Shown: piece by piece, positions 13,761-26,115 of the stretch
Layout: each line of letters starts with the position of its first letter
Position numbering within the stretch: position 1 is the first letter of the stretch
Assembly: GCA_038087875.1 (NCBI GenBank)
Contig: CM075989.1
Span: forward strand, 12,526,001 to 12,586,000
Length of the DNA: 60,000 nt
DNA from: Malacoraja senta
Taxonomy: Eukaryota
Direction: 5' to 3'
Position numbers and translations under genes: made by a program
Notes under the pieces: generated by a model
Told to the model about the DNA's origin: nothing
Seen by the model: the letters and a program-made list of their open reading frames with translations, nothing else
The model's database searches: none

Positions 13761-14237
13761 TAGCAACTGTAGCATTACCTTTACTACATGCCAATTTTAA
13801 TTCCTGATTCAACTTGCACCTTACATCCAGGCTACTGTTTGGGGGCCTGTAGATAAGTCCCATTAGGGTATTTTTACCATTCCAATTCCTTAGTTCTATC
13901 CATACTGACTCCACATCACCTGTTTCAATGTCACCCCTTGCAAGGGACTGAATTTCATTCCTCACCAACAGAGCTACCCCACCCCCTCTACTCACCTGTC
14001 TGCCTTTTCGATAGGAGGTATACCCTTGAATATTCAGTTCCCAGCCTTGGCCCTCTTGCAGCCAAGTCTCTGTAATTCCCACAACATCATACTTGCCCAT
14101 TTCTAACTGAGCCTCAAGCTCATCCACTTTATTTCTTATACTTCGCGCATTCATATACAACACTTTGACCGCGGTATTCACCTCCCCTCTCGCACCGCTC
14201 GCAATTGGCTCTGACCTTACTCTCTTATCCCTTCTCG

Positions 14238-14345
14238 AAAATATTGTCTATCCATGTTCTTCAGAGCTGCTGCCTGAGCTGTGGAGTTACTGCAGCACTT
14301 TGTGTTTTAGAAAATATTTCAGCATCTGCAGTTCCTTGTGTCTTG
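14238..14345 (+). mobile_element. Remainder of the Penelope pLTR split by CR1 A
   Basis: gctgctgcctgagctgtggagttactgcagcac..agcatctgcagttccttg matches the pLTR tail in the copy at 57957-58094. Confidence 0.75.
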
Positions 14346-15789
14346 CATTCAGGTCTGTCACTGTTGCGAATATTCAGAGTCCCTGACAGTCCAGATCCTG
14401 AGCTTCATGTTATGGAGTGGATATTGCCTATGTGTGATTTATTTTGAAGCAGGTTAACTGTTGCTCACCAGTTCTCTCATGAGCAAGGTCTTGCTCCAGT
14501 AGAGGGCTTAAGACATCTGGAAACTAGCCTCCGCTATATGGGTTTGAGTGCTCACACATAAAGGTAGACACACAGACAGGCACCACCTGACATCAGTCTA
14601 TAAATAAAATATATTATTATTATTACTTGCCTACATGACGGCACATGTTTAGGAATGTAGACTGACGCCACAGCCAGGGGTGGGAATTTTGGCTTTGGTG
14701 TGCAACTCAATGTGGGAACTGGAAACGGGGTTCAGTATCAGGCTGAATCAAATCTGGTGAGCAGGGGAGGTGAAGAGAGAGGCAGTTAACTCAACTACCG
14801 ATGTCAATGACCAAATAACTTCTCATTTTCCAGAAGCTACCTTTAGATAATGTCAATGAATCTTTTACTCTTTTCCACATCTTGCCTGCAATGGAATTAA
14901 ATTAATGGGCTTTAATCTTCTGTATCTTATGTATTATGCTTTAAAAGCAGATTTTCAAGTAGGAAGACCCCCTCCAGGCCATGTGAACAATTCCATACAA
15001 TAGTGAACACAGCACAAATACAATTTCTTTGAGGATCCTGGCGATCTGTTTGGAAAACCTATATTCTAATAGAATTGTGCCTTTCTTCTAATTTGACATT
15101 TGCAATTATAACATCATATCAAAGACAGATTATTGGCAATGCAAAGAACATAATTAACACAGAAGCATGCCTACAGAAAGACATTACTACTTTAATAACA
15201 GACTATTGTTTCCTGTTTAATGGGGGAAATTATTGAACTTAAAATGTATTCAGTTGAAGGTTGTAGAAAGAGGGCGTTCTGACTTTATGCTCACCAGACA
15301 TTAACACAATACATCATTAGGTAATCAGCAGGCCTCCCACATGATGACATGGACTGCTGTTATTGTCCCTTGTCTGGGGCTCAGTCTGTCTGAAAAACAA
15401 ATATCTGGGCCTCAACGCAGTTGGACTTATTTTCATCTGCTGGCGGGAATGCTACCTGTTGAGAATTGTAAACTCACTGCAGGATTTATTTCCAGATGAA
15501 TCCAATTTGCATTAATGTCTGATCATTTAATGGCAATTATTTGGAAAGGGAACTGCTGCTAAATGATGAGCAGAAAAGCACAGATCGTAAAGCAGATCTT
15601 TCTTTTGCAGCTACCAGTACCATCATAAACATCTCTCATAAATGCAGCATTTCAATGAAAACTAACAGCTTACATTTTTAGTTAATGGAATAATAGAATG
15701 AGGAGCTGGTGATTTGCAGATATTTCAAACCCTTCACTCACATGTGGATGATCTTGCTATTCTTGGTGTGGTGGGCAATATGAGCTAAT

Positions 15790-17030
15790 AGTTGGTGGTG
15801 TGGGCTAGAGACTTAAAAGAAATTGCTAACAAGATGGTCAATGTGTGATTTTACTTTTCCAAAATTCCCTAAATACTGGGAAGATTCCATTAGGTTGGGG
15901 GGAAAAAAGAAGTAAACCCATTAAAAAGGGAGGGAATCAGAAAGCAGGAAACTCCAGGACAGACAGCTTAACATTTGTCACATAAAATGTTAGAAACTAT
16001 TATTAAAATAATTATAGCAGGCACTTAGGAAAACTCAATGCAATCAAGTAAAATCAATGTAGTTTTGTGAAAGGGATTTAGTAGAGTCCTTTGAAAAAGT
16101 AACATGCTATGGATAAAAGATAGATGGTGGATGTTCTTTCTGGTTTTAGTAAGATGTAATGAGAGTTGTGCCACAGGCGTAGGTGCTGGGACTATCTACA
16201 ATTCATGTAACTTACTTAGGTAGACGCATGGAAAATATGTTTGCGGAATTTAACCTAAAGATGGGTTGGAAAGTAGACGGCAGACCAATATAAAGAGGTT
16301 ACATAGTAACATAGATAGTTAAAATTTGTGGGTAATGGAGCATAATGTGGAAAAATGTGAAATTGTCCATTTTTACAGAAAAAAAAGATAAAGAAAATAG
16401 ATCTAAATGAGAAATCGGAAAGCTCTGGGTATCTTAATGAACAAATTTCAAAAGGCTATTATGCAGGTAGTGTAGGTAATTAGGAAAGCTACCAGAATGG
16501 TGTCTATTATTGTGAGGGGAATTAAATGCAAAAATAGGGTGTTCCTTCATTTATATTGGGCACCACTAAGACCACATCTGGAGTACAATGACAGTATTGT
16601 CTTAAAAGCAGTTCTTTGGAAGCAGTTCTGGGAAGGTTTATTAGGCTGATTTATTAGATTTGCAAATGGTGTGAGCAAGTTGTGTTTGAGGAAAGTTTGG
16701 ATAAATAGTCTTGTACCTGCTACAACTTATTGAGAGCGAACTTGATTGAATCATTAAAGATCCCGAGAAGCCTTGGGAGGGTGAATTTGGAAATATTTTC
16801 TCTTGTGGGAAAATCTAGAACCAGTGGTCACTATTTAAAAATCATTTCTGATTGGAACTTCTTCAAAGTGTGACGGAAGTAGACTATTTGAATGTTTTTG
16901 AGGCAGAAATAATTGGATAAGCAAGGGGGTAATGTGGGAAGGCAGGAATAGGGAGTTAGCATTATAGTCAGTTCAGCTGTGATTTCCTTGGGGACTGAGT
17001 GGTCCACTCCTACTCCAATGTATATGTCCG
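15790..17030 (+). mobile_element. Old, heavily degraded CR1 LINE
   Basis: Residual motifs, e.g. agaccacatctggagtac (RPHLEY), aaatgtgaaattgtccatttt (KCEIVHF), tctagaaccagtggtcac (SRT.GH). Confidence 0.75.
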
Positions 17031-17479
17031 TCTGTTTTAATGAGCGATTAAGCATATGTCTTGGTCAACATCAACCGCATAGGATTGCCTGGCTTTTACT
17101 CCAGTTCTTTTATTTCTATTGATGACATAGAGAAACTCGCAATGGCTGGGCCATGAGGTGAATGAGTAATTTGGGGGAATATTGGACGTCTGCTATTCAC
17201 GCTCATGATGACGGTACTTATATTTACTATTCCCAGGGTCACCACAAAAGCTGCTTCTCTGTTTTGCATGGTTATGGTCCAAGGATTTCCATGAGCCATT
17301 AGGAGCATCCTTTAAAAATGTCTTCTGTCTTTGTGTGTCTGAGCTCAGACTAGAAGGTCTGCATCATAGCCTGCCAATTGGAACTAACTGAGTGAACTCA
17401 AAAATTAAGGTCTAAAATCTGGGGACAAACAAATATATCAACATACCAGTTAGGATCAGATGTATGCCAGTTTAGCTCT

Positions 17480-17480
<1 letters not shown>

Positions 17481-17513
<33 letters not shown>
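17481..17513. repeat. (TAA)11 microsatellite, probably the 3' tail of the Rex1 copy beyond 22309
   Basis: Perfect trinucleotide run abutting the DIRS left end. Confidence 0.85.
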
Positions 17514-17514
<1 letters not shown>

Positions 17515-17726
17515 TTTACTTCGGAGTCACGTGAGTGACTACGTGAAGAAGACCCGTCAGGGCACCTGCGCATCATTATGTCAGACGCATTGGCGTGAAC
17601 GGACGTGAGGAGCAGCGCTCCTCCAGTGGAAATGTAGTTGTAAACTACAATGTAAGTAAAAAACTTTTTTCGATAATTTCCGGGTCCGTTTGCTGTGGGT
17701 CTGTGGGGATTTATTCCACAGGCGGC

Positions 17727-19000
17727 ATGGAAAAAACGGGCAAGGGGAAGAGGCGAGCGGCAAAGCCGGTGGAAAGTCGCAAGATTGCGGTCGGCGAACA
17801 GCTGCCTCAGACCCCTGTACAGTCGCCGGCTGGGAGCGTAGCGACTGTGGACTTGGGGTTGAAAAGAACTCAGTCAGCGCCAGTGGGGCGCAAGGCTAAA
17901 GTCAAGTCCATGAGGCCCACGGAGGAGGAGTCCGATCAGGAGGATGCGACTCCAGGGCTGGATACCGCTTTTGAGCGGATTTCTCAGATGAAAAGCCAGT
18001 TACACAGGTTACTGGAGAAAAGCACACTCAGGGAAGAGTGTAGCCAAAACCAGGCTTCAGAAGCCAGGTCAGCAGCACCTAGCAAAGGGCTGTTTAAGAG
18101 CACCCTCATTGATGAGGCGCGTGCACAGGGTCAGCAGAGTTTCCGATACAAGCGAAGACGGCAGCTGCCAGATGTTCTATTCCTGGTAGTACGATTCGCT
18201 GCTCTGTGAGAGTTCTGACCCTGAATCTGACGGTGAGGCCGATACAAGCGAAGATGGCAGCTGCCAGATGTTTTACTCCTGGCAGTATGATTCGCTGCCC
18301 CATCAGGGTCAGGAGAGCCACTGGGAAAGGAAGTGGCCTCTGCGATCAACTATTGTGTCTTCCATCAGCTCTAGTAGCTTACGATGGATGAAAATGCCAA
18401 AAAAGCACGAGACCCCAAGGAACTGCGTATTGCTGATAGTACTAGCAGTGAACCAAGATATAAGGGTTCAGATGGGTGAGGGCATGTGAGCCTAAGAAAA
18501 GTAAACTGCAGAGAATATTGAAGCTGCTGGGTTGATGAACAACTGCAATTTTCAAAAACAATGGATGGAGGCCAGGGATGGAGATGCATCAAGTGGCACT
18601 AGGGTTGCTATGTACCGCCCACTTCGAGATGAATTGTTTCAGGAAGTATGCCATTCGGTCCACCATCAACCCGAAATTGCAGCAACTCTGTAAAGCCCAG
18701 CAATGTGCAGTCATTCAACTTACTCTTCAGAGAAAAAACCTCACGAAACGTGGGAAAGAGTTGGATGATGAGACAAAAGCAGCAAGGTTGATCAAAACAT
18801 CAATGGTCGGCAAGTCTGCAAAGAGGAGGTATCCTTTCAGACATCATACAAAATCCTGGGCCTACACCAGGAACAAACGACCATTGAAGCAGGGGCGCAG
18901 TTGGTGTCCTGCAGGGGGAAAACGAAAAAGCGTGGGTTTTTCCTGCCAGGAGCCAGGGACCACAGGTCACTCAGGTGACAAAGGAGATAGGTGGACCTGG
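17727..19000 (+). pseudogene. DIRS gag-like ORF (frameshifted)
   Basis: ORFs 17595-18209 and 18578-19072 lie directly after the left ITR; IRSTINPKLQQLC motif. Confidence 0.6.
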
Positions 19001-19149
19001 TTCACATGGGAACATATTAAGGCAAAAACAGCCAAATATTGGAAGCAAATTACTTCACATTTATTATTCTGAGTATTATTCAAAGGTTTCGAATTGATTC
19101 GATCCAAATAGTGATTTGCCATCCAGCATGTTCCAAGCAGAACACTCCA

Positions 19150-20720
19150 ATTTCACAAAGAAGTGATGGAGGTTCAAGCTGAATTGAAAACTTGTCTATA
19201 AACAAGTAATTGAAAGGTCGGTTTATCAATACCACCAAATTGTGTTTAAAATTTCTCGACCTAAAAAGGTGAGGAGTATTTTAGATCTGACAAGTTTTTA
19301 AAATTTTGTGAAGTATAGACACTTCAAAATGGAGACTTTGAGACTGTCAAACAACTTATTTCAAAAGATGTTATATGGCACTTATAGATCTGAAAGATGT
19401 ATATTACTTTGTGTCTGTTCATTTGTAAGATAAATATACTTGAAATTTATCTGAATGAACAATTATGGCAATTCAAAGTTCTGTCTAATGGGTTAACTTC
19501 AGTTCCTAGTATTTCACTAAATTGGTAAAACCAATTTTGGGGCTAATTAGAGTCCAAGGACAGATGTTGATGGCTTAACTGGATGATGTCCTAATTAGGA
19601 CGAACAGGAGAATTAGTGAGTTATCTCTCTCAATTGTTCAATCCACTTTTGAAAGTTGGGTTTAATTCATCCAGTGAGAAATTAAGGTTAACGCCACTTA
19701 CAACAATTGATTATTTTAATTTCATAATTGATTCAATTGACAGGGTAGTAATTTACCCAGGGTAAAGGGTAGAGCTAATTGATGGTTGCATTAAGCTGTT
19801 GGAAAAGCAACAATCTTCAATTAAGACAGGTGGCCAGCTTGCTAGGAAAATTAGTGTTATTTCCAGCAATACAATATGGGCCATTGTACTACCAGCAGCT
19901 ACAGACTGCAAAAAGAAAAGGCACTAAGATGCATGGTGGCCAATTTTGATAGGCCATGCAGTTAAACAACAAATGCTGCTTCTGATTGCAGTGGTGGATT
20001 TAACATGTCTCCAGTAGTTCAAGTAAGATACTGATTGAACAGCCTTCCATGGTCTTACAGACTGATGTCAGTGCACTAGGATTGGTGCCACTGAAAAGGT
20101 ATCCATCTGTGGGCAGATGGAATATGGAAGAAGTATTATTTTTGCAGATGAATCTACGTTTTACAGCTATTGGAAGGCTTATGAGCTCCAAGTTTGTTGT
20201 TAAATACAACTAATCTGCATGTTCAGTTTCAAATTAACAACACTACAGCAATGGCATGTATTAATTGTATGGGTGGAATTAAGTTGGTGTCATATGACAA
20301 ATTGGCTAATCAAATCTGAACTTGGTGTGTTGACAAATATTTGGTTTCAGCTATTTATCTACCAGGTAGATTCGATATAGTAGCAGACACCAGGTTACGG
20401 TTATTTCCATAATAACAAAGAATGGATGTTGAACCTTAAGATTTTAATGATATAGTAGTCAGATTTGGGAAGCCAGATACAACTTGTTTCCATCCAGACT
20501 CAATCACCAGGACTACATCGGGAGACAGTAGCGATTGATGTTTCTCGCTCCATTAGGGTGGTATGTTTTTATATGCATTTTCCATCATTCTGTCTCATAA
20601 AACGGTGTCTGCTTAAAATGAAGTAGGGTGCTGCCTCTGGGGTACTGGTGGTACCAGACTGGTCTACGCAGCCATGGTTCCCTTTGATATTGGAATTTAT
20701 GACACAGTTTCTGATAAAGG
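19150..20720 (+). pseudogene. DIRS RT / RNase H / DNA-methyltransferase-like ORF (decayed)
   Basis: HFKMETL, IDLKDVY, NGLTSVP, catalytic *LDD (TAA CTG GAT GAT, 19576-19587), LQTDVSALG, RLNHQ and VPDWSTQPWFP. Confidence 0.85.
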
Positions 20721-20799
20721 TTCCCAAAAGAAGGGAGTTACTGGTGTATCCGATAATTGGAGAGTAACATCCGTTATATGCCTGTATGGATCTGTTAAT

Positions 20800-21790
20800 T
20801 TGCAGGTTTTAAAAAGAGGATTATCTGGGCATGCTGTGGACATGCTTACAGCAGTCTGGCAGAAGAGTACTCAAAAGCAGTACATTTGCGAATCTGAGTT
20901 GTGACTCTGTAAATGCTGCTTTCCCATTATGTAAAGAATGGGGAAACATTTTCTGTGTATAAAAGAATATGGATTGTTGTACGACACATGTCTCAAATGT
21001 CTTGGGTTTTCTCAACACTCTATTTGAGGGGTTGAGTTATAGTGAGATTTATTCAGCCAGAAGTACATTATCCTCGTTTTTTATTGATGAGGTCGGAAAG
21101 ACATCCTGTTGAGTCTCGTTCTTTCATTTCCAGATTAATGAAAGGAATTTTAATTCCAGACCTTCTAAACCTAGGATGGGAATCTGGAATATAGAGTTGT
21201 TTTAAGCTACTTCATCCATGGACTCTTGGTATGATTCTGATTTGGCCAAGCTCAGCATGAAGGTAGTCATGCTTATGGCACTTGTAACAAGCACGGAGAG
21301 TGCAGACATTACAAAAGTTACAGATACACAGGATGGAAGTACCTCAGGATTATGTTATGTTTTACATTTTATGACCTACTCAAATGAAGTAGGATCAGGT
21401 GTGACAGGATTCAAGAGTGTTTTATTAGCATATTCCATGGATCCATGTCTATGTGTTAAGACATATTTGTTGCAATACATTGAGGCTACAAAGGTCTTAT
21501 GAAATATGAAAACAAGATTGTTTATCATTCACGAAAAACCATACAAGATAGTGTCAGTTCAGACTATTTTAAGATGGTTAAAACAAGTTTTGGTTGCTGT
21601 AGGTGTGAACATTGATGTTTTACATCCCATTCGATTTAGCAGCAACATTGGCGACCAGGGCGAAGGACGTCCCGGCGACCATATTTTTGCAGCCGCCGGG
21701 TGATCTAATAAGTTGGTGTTTCAACACTTTTACCATCGGCCTATTGCCAATACGGGGCTGTTTGCAGATACTATATTAAGTTCTGCTTAA
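20800..21790 (+). pseudogene. DIRS tyrosine recombinase (decayed)
   Basis: LSMKVVMLMALVT, LCVKTYLLQY, HSI, AAGW-like and FQHFYHRPI motifs. Confidence 0.85.
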
Positions 21791-22308
21791 ATTTCCCTGG
21801 GTTAAAGGGGATACTGTTAATTATTTTATTCAAATAAATGAATTACTGCATTTGTCATGCAAATGTCATTATTAATGCATTATTGATTATTTCTCGTTCC
21901 GAGTCAATCAATGCAGTGAGAAACCGGGATTTGTATCTGCGGCATGAAATCACAAAGCTTTAAAATCTTCACGTAGTCACTCACCTGACTCCGAAGTAAA
22001 ATAGTAAGATTAAACGAGAACTTACCAGTTTGAAGTTTGATCTTTATTTTATGAGGAGTTACGTTGGTGATTACGTGCCCACCACGGCCCAACCCTCTTT
22101 CATAAAGGTCAGATGGAAGTTCTTAATTTACTCGTTTTATTAGGTTACTATATTACTTCGTTCTTGTTGTTTGTGATTTCACACCGCTGCTTTGAAGATT
22201 GACGCACAGGCGCCCTGACGGGTCTTCTTCACGTAATCACCAACGTGACTCCTCATAAGATAAAGATCAAACTTCAAACTGGTAAGTTCTCGTTTAATCT
22301 TACTATTT

Positions 22309-23430
22309 GTCATTCGAACATTCGAAAAGTATACATTTGAACAAAATGTCGCTATTGATGTACGGTGCAAGTGAAGCGCGCGTGTGTGTTTTAGGTGAGG
22401 TGTGTGTGTTTGTTGGGGGGCAACAGGATGTTCATCATTCTAACAGCCAGGGGAAGGAAGCTGTTGCACATCCTGGTGGTGCTGGCCTTGATGCTTCGGT
22501 ACCTCATGCCGGACGGCAGAAGGGCAAAGGGTCCATGGGAGGTGTATGCTCTCTGTGGTACCTCTATAGAACATAAAGAAGTTGGGTGGGGGAAGCCTCG
22601 CTTGTTTCAGCCTCCTGAGGAAGTACAGCTCCTTCTGAGCCCTCCCGGCCAGGTGTGTAGTGTTGAGAGACCAGGAGAGGTCGTCAGCGAGGTGCACCCC
22701 TAGGAATTTGATGTTGTTCACCCTCTCCACGATGGAGCCATTGATGTGCAGGAGGGAGTGGGCAGCCTGCGTTCTCCAGAAGTCTACAATCATCTCTTTG
22801 GTCTTGGTGATGTTCAGAGACAGATTGTTATCTTCGCACCAGTTCACAAGCTGTGCAACTTCCTCTCTGGAGGCACAGTTGTCTCTGATGAGGCCCACCA
22901 CTGAAGTGTCATCTGAAAATTTGATTATTTGGTTGGTGTGTTTGGCGGCACACGCGAGGATAAGTAGTGTGAATAGTAGTGGACTAAGGACACAGCCTTG
23001 GGGGGGGGCTCCGGTGTTCAGGAAGATAGTGTTTGAGGTGTTGTTGCCAACATGGACTGACTGGTTGATGTGTTAAGTCCAGGATCCAGTTGCAGAGGCG
23101 GGTTATTGAAGCCGAGCAGGGAGAGCTTCCCCATCAGCTTCTGAGGGATGATCGTTGTGAATGCTGAGCTGGTCAATAAATAGCATTCTAGCATAGGTGT
23201 TTTTTTTTGTCTATGTGGGAGAGGACTGCGCAGAGGGTGGAGGAGATGGCGTCTACTGTGGAGCGGTTAAGGGTGGTATGCAAACTGGTGGGGGTCTAGT
23301 GAGGTGGGGAGGTTATTCTTGATGTGACCCATGACTAACCATTTGAAGCACTTCATCACGATGGGGGTTAGTGCCACAGGACGGTAGTCATTGAGGCAGG
23401 AGACAGATGACTTTTTTGGCACCGGTACAA
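22309..23430 (-). mobile_element. Degraded Rex1/Babar LINE
   Basis: [54 protein letters not shown] at ~23390. Confidence 0.9.
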
Positions 23431-23434
23431 CCTG

Positions 23435-24130
23435 CTGTACCATTTGTTAAGATCATGGCTGCTGTTCTTTAACCTCAACTTTGCACTCCTACCTACCTGC
23501 GCTAACATAAGGGCATAGGAAATAGAAACAGGAGTTAGCTAACAGTCCCTCTGAGCCTGCTCTACCATTCATTGAGATCATGGCTGATATTTTGTCTCAG
23601 TGCCATTTTTCAGTACTGTCCCCATGCTCTTGGTTCCCTCAATGACTACAAATCTGTTGGTCAATGTTTTGAATGAATTCAAGAACTAAGCCTCCACAGT
23701 CATTGGGGGAGGTGAATTCCAAAGATTCACCATCCTTTGAGTGACAAAGTTTCTCCTCCGCTACGATTGAAGCAGTCTACTCCTAATACTGAAATAGTGC
23801 CCCTATCTAGATTCCTTCACCAAGGAAATCTTTCTCCATGCTTCTTGCCACTTACGGTCTTTAGGAATTATATATGTTTTGACTGGCGCTTCTCTCATTC
23901 TTAATTGAAGAGAATTATATCCCTGATTTCTTCTCGGTCTCTCCTTATAGGGCAAACCTACCATGCCTGGAACCAGGTAAATTTATCTTTGCTGCACTCC
24001 CTCTTTGGCAAGTATATCCTTTCTTGGAAAATGAAACATAATACTTCAGTCTTCACAAGATCCTTTATAAATGTAGTAGGAATAATCTTGTAATACTCTT
24101 TTCGTCTGAAGGCCAAAGGCTGTGCTGATG
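23435..24130 (-). mobile_element. Old CR1 3' fragments
   Basis: CR1-like 3'UTR (gagcctgctctaccattcattgagatcatggctga) and decayed ORF2 C-terminus. Confidence 0.65.
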
Positions 24131-24169
24131 CGCTGTGAATTTCATAATCTAAGGTGAATGGCTCTTGCA

Positions 24170-24660
24170 ATATTCAAAGTGGTCCACATTTTCCAGAGAC
24201 TCGTCATGCACCTTTATTATTTGGGGATGGTGTTGTACAGTGAGGACAGGTTTGTAGAGAACCTATGTTTTCCAATGGTGTGCAAGATTTATTCCCTTGA
24301 ATGCCTTGGTGAATGAGTGGACAATAAATTGAAGCTTAGTCTTCCAATGTGTGCATACATAAACACTGTCTGAGTACTGCAGTTCTGTGCCTGAAGTTGG
24401 GGTATCTTTATTCTGGAATGGTGGATGTACAGTAGGTTATGGATTCACTGGTCATGCACTGCATGCCATCATTTAACTGGTGTCTGATGTAAATACATTT
24501 CTGTAATCAGCCAAATCTGAGAAGAATGCATCATAATCTCTTTCAATTGGCAGAGTCAACGATTTAGGAAGGTTAAAAGATACTGCTCCTCGCATTTCCA
24601 GAGAGTTCATGTCGTAAAAATCATGTCCACTAATGTCTCTAATGGGCAGAATTCACACAG
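24170..24660 (-). mobile_element. Old RTE-clade RT fragment
   Basis: Minus strand reads VDMIFT..KCEEQ..ILLRFG..LNDGM..ELQYSD. Confidence 0.55.
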
Positions 24661-24789
24661 TGATTATGGGAGCAGCTCCTTGACAACTAGGAGGAGGAAC
24701 CTGAGGAGGACCCTGATGAAGACTTTCCCTGAAGGAATAAGGATGGATGTTTGTGTTGTTGATATATTTCCCATGGATCGTACATTAAA

Positions 24790-25310
24790 GGGATTGATTC
24801 CCATTTGGTAGGTACACATTATCCTAAACTCAATTTGGTGAGCGTTGTCAATGTACCCCTGTCCAACACTCTAACCAGACTCTCCACCTTTGACTCCATC
24901 CACACCACGATGCTTCTGAAAAGCAGCCAACACAATCAAAGACTTGTCCCACCACTATCATTCTTTCATTTCCCTGCTCCAGTCAGCAAAAAGGCACAGA
25001 AGTTTGTCAGCACGCGCTACCAGACTGAAGAGCAGTTTCTGCTCTTCCGGTATTAGGCTTCTGAATGCTCTCTATGGAACTGATGCACTACAATGCTGAG
25101 AACTTTATTCTGTATTCCGTATATTCCCCCTTGTTCTACCTATTCTGCTAGTTCAGTTTACATGACTATCTTTGCACCATGCTGCTGTTTTGCATCCTTC
25201 ATGGCATTTATTGTTGTATCTATCAATACTGTGTATACTGTTTACTTTATGAGCAACATGAACAAGGAATTGCCTTGCACCCTGGTGATATATCACTTCA
25301 AACTAATGTG
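24790..25310 (+). mobile_element. Old Rex1-like 3' fragment
   Basis: ttctgaaaagcagccaacacaatcaaagac..accagactgaagagcagtttc resembles the Rex1 ORF C-terminus. Confidence 0.5.
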
Positions 25311-25389
25311 AATCTCTCTTTATACCTAATACACTCCAAATGAGTCAATATCCTGGTGAACCCCTTCTACATCCTCGTAAAAACCTCCA

Positions 25390-26047
25390 CATCCCTCGCC
25401 AACAGTCTGTCTGTTCTTTCTTCTGTTTTTGCTATTTTATGTGCGTGTTAAAAGAGTATGTTTCTGTGTTCCTTGGTTTGTTGTATGTGGGGGGTCTGGG
25501 GGAAACTTTTTTCAATCTCTTACCTCGACGGAGATGCCATTTTTTTTTCATATCGTATTTCCGTCCCCACTGCGGCCTAACATCGTGGAGTGGCGCGGCT
25601 TTTCCTGGAGACCGACCCGGCGTTTCAACTGTGAGCGCGGCGCGGACTTACTATCGTGGAGCTTGCAATCCTTTGCCGGGGATCAACTGTGGAGAGCCCG
25701 CGGTCCCTGGTTAGAAACCGATTCGGGAGCTCGAAGCCACGGAGAGTTTCAACCATCCCGACGCGGGTGTTTCGATCACCCTGACGCGAGGGCTTCGGAT
25801 CGCCGGCTGCGGGAGCTTTGATGGTCCAGATTGCAGATGTTTTGACAGCCCCGACCGGGAGGATAAAGAGAGAGGATTAGACATTATTACCTTCCATCAC
25901 AGTGAGGAATATGGGGAGCCACTGTTAACTATTATTTCATGTGGTTGTGTGTCTTGTTGCTTTTCACTTAGTATGGCTGTATGGTAACTCAAATTTCACT
26001 GTACCTTAATTGGTACACGTGACAATAAACTGACCTTGAAACCTTGA
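25390..26047 (+). mobile_element. GC-rich non-autonomous retroposon with Rex1-type 3' end
   Basis: Shares head (cctcgccaacagtctgtc), T-rich tract and ccttccatcacagtgaggaat motif with the copies at 40.3 and 43.4 kb; AATAAA + (ACCTTGA) tail. Confidence 0.7.
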
Positions 26048-26115
26048 TATTGCAGTGGCCAAAACTTCACACAGTAATCCACATTTGGCCTCACAAAGGT
26101 TTCATGCAGATGCAA

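Larger units (their letters stand above)
6070..14237 (-). mobile_element. CR1 LINE 'A' (APE-RT ORF2, 5'-truncated) carrying three nested insertions
   Basis: TSD AAAATA (6064-6069 / 14238-14243); (CTATTGT)n tail; ORF2 pieces 13761-14181 (LYMNARSIRNK, GITETW), 11704-12261 (MGDFN), 10955-11347, 6729-7410 ([20 protein letters not shown]), 6164-6732. Confidence 0.93.
17514..22308 (+). mobile_element. Full-length decayed DIRS1-type tyrosine-recombinase retrotransposon
   Basis: Left ITR 17523-17575 / right ITR 22200-22252 plus right extension to 22308; internal complementary region 21967-22077; TTT termini; gag-RT-RNaseH-MT-YR remnants in order. Confidence 0.95.

Noticed and set aside
3735..13800. 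Many + strand ORFs of 100-160 aa (e.g. 3735-4103, 6365-6805, 9363-9839, 10998-11438)
   Set aside because: Antisense shadows of CR1/Rex1 ORF2, not independent genes
20460..20700. DNA adenine methyltransferase-like motifs as a novel or bacterial gene
   Set aside because: A known domain of DIRS1 elements, here in its expected position and decayed
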